This document shows positions 57,508 to 64,000 of a stretch of DNA of 64,000 nucleotides, one piece after another (position 1 is the first letter of the stretch; every line of letters begins with the position of its first letter). Source of the DNA: a virus (lineage: Duplodnaviria; Caudoviricetes); the IMG/VR virus record IMGVR_UViG_3300026549_000038, positions 96,193 to 160,192 of that record; one strand, written 5' to 3'. A model generated the notes under the pieces. The model saw only the letters and a list, made by a program, of their open reading frames with translations, searched no databases and was not told the DNA's origin. The translations under genes were made by a program, and so were the position numbers.

Positions 57508-58152
57508 ATGAAACATTTACACGAATTTATAGTAGAAAGTGCTACCAATTTAAAGGTAAATTCGAAGGCTGCCGCAAAGAGCAGGGCGCTTACCGAGCTG
57601 AAAAAATATTCCTATGACAACTTGGATACGAGAGGCCGTAAAACTAGTGTTTGGGAACTTGGATTCTTATCCGAAACAGCTAACGGAATCGTTGTTGAAT
57701 TTCCAAAGACTAAGTCCGACTGCAAGTTGTATATCTGTGATGTAAAGAAGCTGAATGTTCCATTTAATATTTGTAAGCTTTCTGGGAACGGTGTGGTAGA
57801 CATTATTGAAACTGGTCTTACTTCACTCGAAGAAGTTTTCACCGCAGACTGCAAGGGAGCAAAGAAAGTAGATTTGTATCTTTGGGGCAATAAGGATTTA
57901 GTATCACTGAAGAACTGTCCAGATTTAGTTAATCATTTTACCAGCGAGTATAATGAGAAGCTGGACGACTGGGAAGGCGCGCCTAAGAATTGTCACGAAT
58001 TTGAATACTACGATTCCTATAAGGGGATTTCTTATAGCAACCCTTCAATTGGTTGGGGAGGAGATAGTTATAATGATAAGATGGCCCGCAGACGTCAGCG
58101 AATGCAAGCATTCGATGAATGGAAAGAACACATTGATAAGTGGACTATTTAA
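57508..58152 (+). CDS. LRR-like protein with capsid-targeting-like leader
   Basis: MKHLHEFIVES; LTSLEEVF, LVSLKNCP, WEGAP. Confidence 0.75.
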   Translation: MKHLHEFIVESATNLKVNSKAAAKSRALTELKKYSYDNLDTRGRKTSVWELGFLSETANGIVVEFPKTKSDCKLYICDVKKLNVPFNICKLSGNGVVDIIETGLTSLEEVFTADCKGAKKVDLYLWGNKDLVSLKNCPDLVNHFTSEYNEKLDDWEGAPKNCHEFEYYDSYKGISYSNPSIGWGGDSYNDKMARRRQRMQAFDEWKEHIDKWTI

Positions 58153-58173
58153 TCAGGTTCGTGCACAATTTCA

Positions 58174-58203
58174 AAAAGACATCTTCATAGAGATGTCTTT
58201 TTT
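58174..58203. terminator. intrinsic terminator
   Basis: AAAAGACATCT...AGATGTCTTTTT. Confidence 0.8.
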
Positions 58204-58220
58204 GTTATTATATATATGTT

Positions 58221-58658
58221 ATGAAATCATTAGCAGAATACGTAGTTAAAAATTTCGGGATATATGATCCGGCCATCAGTCATGGGTTTATATTAATTAA
58301 ACCTGGAGAAGACTCTCACACTCAGGAAATTATAGAGATGTTTGAAAATGAGGGTTGGACTGTTTGTAAAATGAGAACAAAGGTCCTGCTCAGAAGCGAG
58401 GCACAGAAACTCTATGAACCGCATAAGAAAGAAGAATGGTTTAAACCGCTGGTCGAATACATGACCAGTGGTCCTTGTACTGGTATCATTATCAGTCATA
58501 ATGGGTGGGCAACGGATAAAAAAGACTTTAAAGAAATTGCAAAAATCAAAGATGTGGTTCGTGAAAAATGGGGTGAAAGCGAAATGAGAAATGTTTTACA
58601 CAGTTCTGATAGCGAAGAAAGATTTAAAATAGAAGCTGGTATATTTTTCTGGCTGTAA
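58221..58658 (+). CDS. ndk: nucleoside diphosphate kinase
   Basis: LIKP, LYEPHKKEEWFKPLVEYMTSGP, RNVLHSSDS (catalytic His). Confidence 0.9.
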   Translation: MKSLAEYVVKNFGIYDPAISHGFILIKPGEDSHTQEIIEMFENEGWTVCKMRTKVLLRSEAQKLYEPHKKEEWFKPLVEYMTSGPCTGIIISHNGWATDKKDFKEIAKIKDVVREKWGESEMRNVLHSSDSEERFKIEAGIFFWL

Positions 58659-58680
58659 TCATTAAAAAAGAATCAAAACA

Positions 58681-59430
58681 ATGGAAGATCTTAAATTATA
58701 TGTTAACGAATCATTGTTTTCTGATAATGATGAGAATGCTGTTATCCAATCCGCTGAGGAACAAATAGATAAAGAAAAAACCGAAAAATTGTTGAATTGG
58801 CCTGGTGTCAACTTCCGTGAATTGCATCGTCGTGGTTCGATAATAAAATATGAGAACGGGGGACTATCAATGTTCATCAACGAACCGGACTTATTGATTG
58901 TTTTCTCAGATATTCCAAGTTCTTTATTGCCATTGAACATTGAGCGTATAGTATTATCACCAAAAGTAAGACGATCTGCAAGAGTAATAATATTGTTCCG
59001 CGATTTTAAAATTAAAGATTGTACGGAGTTGTTCACCCCGAACTTTGATGATAATATGAGTGCTAATCCTAACTGTGAGTTGGATATATCTTTCAGTGGA
59101 GTTTCTTTAAATAATTATAAGGGTCTTCCTCAGAAAGTGGCGAAATTTGCAGAGAATGTGGAGGGTTATATGCCATACAATGTAAATTACTTTAAACAAC
59201 ATTATAAAGGAATCCCTCAAAACATATCACGTCAATTGGTGTTGGCGGATAAGTCTGCTCCCAGACGCAGATATGATACTACCATACTTAACTCCGGTGA
59301 TCCGCTTGTCTATAGTGGTGTGAATATTGAGAATCTGGAAAAGATTAAAGTAGTATATGACTATTTAGATCCAAATTGTGAAATAGCTAAATATATGTTA
59401 AAACAAATTAAACGAGCAGAGCAAAAATAA
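58681..59430 (+). CDS. divergent LRR-like protein with capsid-targeting-like leader
   Basis: MEDLKLYVNESLFS; IKDCTELFTPN, LNNYKGLP, YKGIP. Confidence 0.7.
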   Translation: MEDLKLYVNESLFSDNDENAVIQSAEEQIDKEKTEKLLNWPGVNFRELHRRGSIIKYENGGLSMFINEPDLLIVFSDIPSSLLPLNIERIVLSPKVRRSARVIILFRDFKIKDCTELFTPNFDDNMSANPNCELDISFSGVSLNNYKGLPQKVAKFAENVEGYMPYNVNYFKQHYKGIPQNISRQLVLADKSAPRRRYDTTILNSGDPLVYSGVNIENLEKIKVVYDYLDPNCEIAKYMLKQIKRAEQK

Positions 59431-59490
59431 AATAAGGAGTAATTTATAGTTTGATCTGATTTTCAAACATCATGTGTTTATTATTTATAC

Positions 59491-60345
59491 ATGGATAGAT
59501 CTATCAACATAACAAATACCTGTGGGAAAGCCGGTGTATCTTGGACCGCATCAGTAGAAGATAATGTGGACTTGGAGTTTATTCAAAGGGTTCAAGCCGA
59601 AGTGACACAGTCATGTGCCCTCCCATTCGCCGTCCCGGCTGAGCGAATCCCTGAATATATTATCCAAGCTGCACAATACTTTTGGGAGACTTGTGACTTT
59701 GCAGTAGAGGAGAGATATTATATTGTAAAAAATAGTGATATTTGCAAAGGCAATAAACTTAATAAAATAGTTCAACTCCCAAAACAAGTTATGGGTGTAC
59801 ACGGAGCATATAAGACTCGGTCCGCTATGAGATATGGTACTATGGGAGACTTTAGTCTTGAGAGGATGATGATGAGCAGCTACAGCATGTTTGGTGGAGT
59901 CGGCGCTATAGGTGGAGGACTCAGTGCAGCAGGAAATGGTCCTGGGGCAGCAGGTTACTCTCTTGCAGATGTGGTGACTGCTATGTATGAAGTTGACACA
60001 TTTAACCAAACCCTTAATGCTCCACTCACATATAATTATAATTATTTGAGCAATAAACTAGTTTTATTAGGAGATCTCGGCTATCAGGATATATTAGTAT
60101 GCTGTAATGTAAGATGTCGAATACAAGACCTTTATAATAGTTATTACTTCTTCAGATATGTTGTAGCTTTAGTCAAGAAGGCGCTCGGGTTTATATATGG
60201 TATGTATGAATTTAAACTACCTGGAGGAGTGACTATCAATTATTCTAAACTTGACGAACAAGCGAATGATGAAATGGAAATGGTTAAGGAGTGGATAGAG
60301 AATAACAAAGCAGTAGACTACTTCTTTATGCCTAATACACTTTAA
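59491..60345 (+). CDS. gp13: neck protein (T4 gp13-like)
   Basis: LPKQVMGV, YNYN...KLVLLG, RYVVALVK, LPGGVTINY. Confidence 0.8.
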   Translation: MDRSINITNTCGKAGVSWTASVEDNVDLEFIQRVQAEVTQSCALPFAVPAERIPEYIIQAAQYFWETCDFAVEERYYIVKNSDICKGNKLNKIVQLPKQVMGVHGAYKTRSAMRYGTMGDFSLERMMMSSYSMFGGVGAIGGGLSAAGNGPGAAGYSLADVVTAMYEVDTFNQTLNAPLTYNYNYLSNKLVLLGDLGYQDILVCCNVRCRIQDLYNSYYFFRYVVALVKKALGFIYGMYEFKLPGGVTINYSKLDEQANDEMEMVKEWIENNKAVDYFFMPNTL

Positions 60346-60380
60346 GTTATTAAGAACAAATAAAAATAAATTAATAAATT

Positions 60381-61103
60381 ATGAAACCTTTAAATTTATA
60401 TTTGAACGAAGGTATAAACGAGAATTTTATTCGAAGTACATTCGATCGCATAAAAACTAATAAAATGTATAAAAAAACACACGCCGATAGATTTGAGAAA
60501 ATACAAGCACCAAAATATATCGTGCAGGGATTTAATAAAATGATTAAGTCGGATTCGTTTAACCTTCAAGAGTTTAAAGAATATCTGGTTTTCGTTAATA
60601 ATTGGCGAATGGAAGAGGTGCTTAAAAAGCATCCAAAATATCGCGACGATAAAAATTTTCAAAAAGAATTTATGTTCAATTCGGACTTTGACGAAGATCA
60701 AACTGTCCAGTTTTTAGTAGGAAACTATTGTATAACCATTGCCGTGGGACGGGAGACTCAATATTCTGCATATGTTGAAATAGATAATTATAAAAACAAT
60801 GGAGGTGGAGGTATGCAATGGTGGCTTGGGACATGGCCAGTTTATAAGCAGGTTCCAGACCATGTACTCGAATACCCGATTTCATTTTCTGGTGCATTTG
60901 ATGCGGATGATTATAAATTAGGTCCAGATGAAGATGGAGAAGAAGATACTGATGTTTGGAAACTGGATTGGGTTAAAAAAATAGTTGCAGCTTATAAACC
61001 ATTTGGAGATCTTGCATTTGGACATCTTTTCGCAAAAAGCGAAAAAAAAGCAATAAAAAGATTGAAAGATGCATTCACAATACTTGAATCTATAGCTAGA
61101 TAA
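60381..61103 (+). CDS. hypothetical protein with capsid-targeting-like leader
   Basis: MKPLNLYLNEGINE. Confidence 0.7.
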   Translation: MKPLNLYLNEGINENFIRSTFDRIKTNKMYKKTHADRFEKIQAPKYIVQGFNKMIKSDSFNLQEFKEYLVFVNNWRMEEVLKKHPKYRDDKNFQKEFMFNSDFDEDQTVQFLVGNYCITIAVGRETQYSAYVEIDNYKNNGGGGMQWWLGTWPVYKQVPDHVLEYPISFSGAFDADDYKLGPDEDGEEDTDVWKLDWVKKIVAAYKPFGDLAFGHLFAKSEKKAIKRLKDAFTILESIAR

Positions 61104-61122
61104 AAACAAAATGATTTTAAAT

Positions 61123-61155
61123 AAGAAAGGAACTCAATGAGCTCCTTTCTTTTTT
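61123..61155. terminator. bidirectional intrinsic terminator
   Basis: AGAAAGGAACTC-AAT-GAGCTCCTTTCT between convergent genes. Confidence 0.7.
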
Positions 61156-62995
61156 ATTCCTCTTCGGCTTCTTTTTTCTTTTTAGTTGTCTTCTTTTTAG
61201 TTGTCTTCTTTTTTTGAACACTATCGTCAATTGAATCTTTTTCAGTGTTATCTGGTTCATTTTCAACGACGTTGGCTGGCTCAGACTCTAACCCTTCCAT
61301 GCCTTCTCCTTCCTCAGCCGTAAACTTCTTAAATTCTTCCATATCTTCTTTCTTCAGTTTCGCGTTGAGTTCAAGATCTGCATCAGACAGTTTCAAATAT
61401 TTCTTAACTAGGAACTGACTAGAGAAGAATTTAATCTCAGATCCATCAGGGCTCATATCTACCAGTCCGTCCTTCATCTCCTGGATGCTCTGGATACGCT
61501 TGCTCATCAGATCAAGCTCCATCAATTCTTCGAATAAGTTATAAGACTTATACTGTAATGTAATAGTATCCAAGAATGCTCGATTTTCCTGTAATTCCGG
61601 AAAGTCCAGTGCGAGCTGTAACTGCAGTGGTTTGATCATTATCTGAGCAAACTGATTACGCAACCTGGTTACATACCTACCGAAGTTAATTTCTGTTCTA
61701 GCAACGCTTGTTGCATCAGCACCGAACCACGTCTCTCCACTCTCCTGATCGAATCTCGTAATAGGAATCTTTGAGATTTTATATAGACAATTCTTAAAAT
61801 ATTTCAAAAAATCCGGGTCATTAATTTCCGGTCCGTCTCCGCCAAGCGTTTCGATATTCGGAGTACCACTATCGCTTTCTGGAAACCAATACTCTTTATT
61901 AAAAGGCATGTTTACCTGTCCGTTAATAGTCAACTCACCAGTATCTGCAATGAACTTAATATCTTCTTTATATCTATTCATAGCGCTAGATACTGTTTGC
62001 ATACCCATAGTACGGTTCATACCTTTGATAGGGATGGTAAACTTCATCTTATATGATGCGTTTGTCACATACCAGATCAACTGCGCCTGTTCAATAATTC
62101 TATATATATTAAAAGGTCTAATCAGCCTTTCAAGATACGACAATCTTGCTATGCACTCAGTTTCTTGGTATGAAACATATATGACTTGACTATCTAGGAG
62201 TTTACGCTCTTTTCCTTGAATACCTTTATACTGCAACCAATACCATTTATTGTTCTCGAATTTCTTAGTCAGTGTTGCAGGATCGAGTGGTACAATTCCT
62301 ATAATTCTCGTTGGTTTATCAAGAGAATCATACACAATCTCCCAAGCAAGTATTCCTTCCACCAGCCAGCGCTTGAAATCGTCCCAGGCCTTATATTTCC
62401 AATTCAACATCTTATAGAACCTTCTGAAGTTTCTCGAGTTACTCTCAGTAATACTTTGTCGCATTTCCGGTTTCAAGTCCTGAAGCTCTTGTGGGTCTAT
62501 GAATGGTTCTGCAAAGTATGTTTGATTGGTATCATATACTATTGCCTCGTTAGACATAGTGTCAAGTATATCTTCAAGTTCTGGTTGAAGTGCTAGTTTC
62601 CTCAACGCATCTCGTTTTTGGGGAAAATCCTTCTCAAAGAAATTCTTGTCTTGATTTTGTTTGACTTTCCAAGCGGTGCTTAACTGAGTAAACAAGTCCT
62701 GATTGGTTAACTGATAATCTTTCGGAAGGAGATTTTTATCAGCAGGTATAGCTCTCATGTTGTCTATGACTTGTTCATCATAGTTCATGCCAAGCCTAGA
62801 CATATTAGAAAAGAACCTGCCGATTAATGACTTTTTCTTTTTCTTGTCTATTTTTTCTGAAGCATAATTCGGGCGGAAGTTCGTTGTTTGTTTAAAACCA
62901 GGAATGTTTGTCGGATCATTCAGCGGTCCCTCATTTATCAACACAGAACTTCCTTCACTAATATTTTTTCCTTCTATTTGAGTATGCTCAGCCAT
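61154..62995 (-). CDS. gp20: portal protein (T4 gp20-like)
   Basis: FKRWLVEG, LSYLERLIRPFN, EYWFP, IETLGG, YFKNCLYKISKIP, RTEINFGRYVTRLR. Confidence 0.93.
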   Translation of the reverse strand: MAEHTQIEGKNISEGSSVLINEGPLNDPTNIPGFKQTTNFRPNYASEKIDKKKKKSLIGRFFSNMSRLGMNYDEQVIDNMRAIPADKNLLPKDYQLTNQDLFTQLSTAWKVKQNQDKNFFEKDFPQKRDALRKLALQPELEDILDTMSNEAIVYDTNQTYFAEPFIDPQELQDLKPEMRQSITESNSRNFRRFYKMLNWKYKAWDDFKRWLVEGILAWEIVYDSLDKPTRIIGIVPLDPATLTKKFENNKWYWLQYKGIQGKERKLLDSQVIYVSYQETECIARLSYLERLIRPFNIYRIIEQAQLIWYVTNASYKMKFTIPIKGMNRTMGMQTVSSAMNRYKEDIKFIADTGELTINGQVNMPFNKEYWFPESDSGTPNIETLGGDGPEINDPDFLKYFKNCLYKISKIPITRFDQESGETWFGADATSVARTEINFGRYVTRLRNQFAQIMIKPLQLQLALDFPELQENRAFLDTITLQYKSYNLFEELMELDLMSKRIQSIQEMKDGLVDMSPDGSEIKFFSSQFLVKKYLKLSDADLELNAKLKKEDMEEFKKFTAEEGEGMEGLESEPANVVENEPDNTEKDSIDDSVQKKKTTKKKTTKKKKEAEEE

Positions 62996-63010
62996 TCTTG
63001 TTTATAAATA

Positions 63011-64000
63011 TTATTTTTTATCGTTTTTAATGTAGATGACTTTTGTGTTTGAATCTTTCTTAGTTGCTGGTAAGTTAAATCCAACATTATCTATAATACA
63101 CCAAACGAGATTCTTCATAGTTTTTGGATCGCGTTTCGGTATGTCTAGATATCCATCTGTAAATATAATCACACAATCTGCACGTTTTGAACGGAATTTG
63201 GGATCTTTTTTAATATACTCGAAGCAAGGTTTAACATCTGTTCCGCCACCACCTTTAATTTTGATTTTACTCAATTTCAAATCCTTTTCGAACGTTTTCA
63301 AATTATTATATATCTGTATATCTGTTACCTTTGTATCAAACTGTAAGATCAATATCCTGCATGGCTTTTTGGCTAACGCCATTGTATATACTTCTCTCAG
63401 ACAAAGCTTGAGCTCTTCGTCTCCCATACTTCCAGATGTATCTATAAATGCAGCTATATAATCTACCGCCGTATAAGAATCTTTATCGGTCTTATGTATT
63501 TCTCCGAATGCAGCAAGTTTGTTTCTATGAGTGTATGCCTGGTATTTATCCATTGGACTTATGCTGCGTCCAACTATTTTTTTAAGGATAGATTTCCAGT
63601 CGGTTGCTGTCTTATATATACCATTTATTTTATTTCTCAATGCTCCGAGAGCACCGTCTCCTTTCATTTTTGCTGCAGCACTCAAAGCAACGTCTTTCCA
63701 TTTACTCTCGTCCATTCCTCCCTGTCCTGGTTGATATCCTTCGGCTTTTGCGATCTGGTCTCCTGTTGGCTTATCCAGTACTCCTCCGGCACGGCCAGGA
63801 ACTTCTTTTAATGCAGATGGACCTTGACAATCACCGGGAGTTACAGATCTACCCCGACCACCGGCTTGGGTTGTGTACTCACCCCCCTGTCCTGATTGTC
63901 CGCTCTGTCCTGATTGTCCGCTCTGTCCTGATTGTCCGCTCTGTCCTGATTGTCCGCTCTGTCCTGATTGTCCGCTCTGTCCTGATTGTCCGCTCTGTCC
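63011..64000 (-). CDS. vWA-domain protein (probably DUF2201 metallopeptidase-vWA type), 5' partial
   Basis: MIDAS DTSGSM, GGGGTD, FTDG; the frame stays open from 63715 to the window end through a GQS linker. Confidence 0.8.
   Translation of the reverse strand, partial: GQSGQSGQSGQSGQSGQSGQSGQSGQSGQSGQSGQSGQGGEYTTQAGGRGRSVTPGDCQGPSALKEVPGRAGGVLDKPTGDQIAKAEGYQPGQGGMDESKWKDVALSAAAKMKGDGALGALRNKINGIYKTATDWKSILKKIVGRSISPMDKYQAYTHRNKLAAFGEIHKTDKDSYTAVDYIAAFIDTSGSMGDEELKLCLREVYTMALAKKPCRILILQFDTKVTDIQIYNNLKTFEKDLKLSKIKIKGGGGTDVKPCFEYIKKDPKFRSKRADCVIIFTDGYLDIPKRDPKTMKNLVWCIIDNVGFNLPATKKDSNTKVIYIKNDKK
63887..64000. repeat. perfect 18-bp tandem repeat x6+ (GQSGQS linker)
   Basis: CTGTCCTGATTGTCCGCT repeated to window end. 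Confidence 0.95.

Noticed and set aside
12969-59430. Diversity-generating retroelement driving LRR variation
   Set aside because: No reverse transcriptase and no template/variable repeat pair with adenine-specific differences visible in this window
1-64000. Stop-codon reassignment as in Lak megaphages
   Set aside because: Long core genes are intact in the standard code; TAG and TGA occur at plausible gene ends (polB TAG, 41130 TGA)
1-64000. tRNA, rRNA or structured ncRNA genes
   Set aside because: Intergenic gaps are short, AT-rich and explained by terminators, promoters or remnants; no cloverleaf seen by eye, and a covariance search was not run

Overview
A 64 kb piece of a large AT-rich, contractile-tailed, T4-like (jumbo-type) phage genome read in the standard code. 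The host is probably a Bacteroidota (no Shine-Dalgarno motifs, A-rich starts with A at -3). Virion genes are dispersed rather than clustered: major capsid, portal, prohead protease with a fused scaffold-like region, neck, sheath, tube and baseplate genes. Replication and nucleotide genes include PolB, a primase-helicase fusion, a sigma70-like factor, thioredoxin, dCTP deaminase/dUTPase, dNMP kinase, NDK and DenV. Main observations: (1) about 17 scattered genes share an N-terminal leader, MKxLxx(Y/F/H)(I/L/V)xE, resembling the T4 capsid-targeting sequence; seven are divergent leucine-rich-repeat paralogs and several are enzymes, suggesting a large head-packaged, injected cargo. (2) Four related repeat-rich PD-(D/E)XK homing-type nucleases each come with a putative DNA-modifying partner, either a translationally coupled methyltransferase or a fused GNAT-like domain; one methyltransferase carries the nuclease family's own N-terminal Zn module. 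A 150-bp stretch holds three orphan nuclease 3' tails. (3) A small protein carries a copy of the capsid-protein N-terminal motif. (4) A candidate late promoter ATTATTATT precedes virion genes. All functional calls come from motif reading by eye; no database searches were run.
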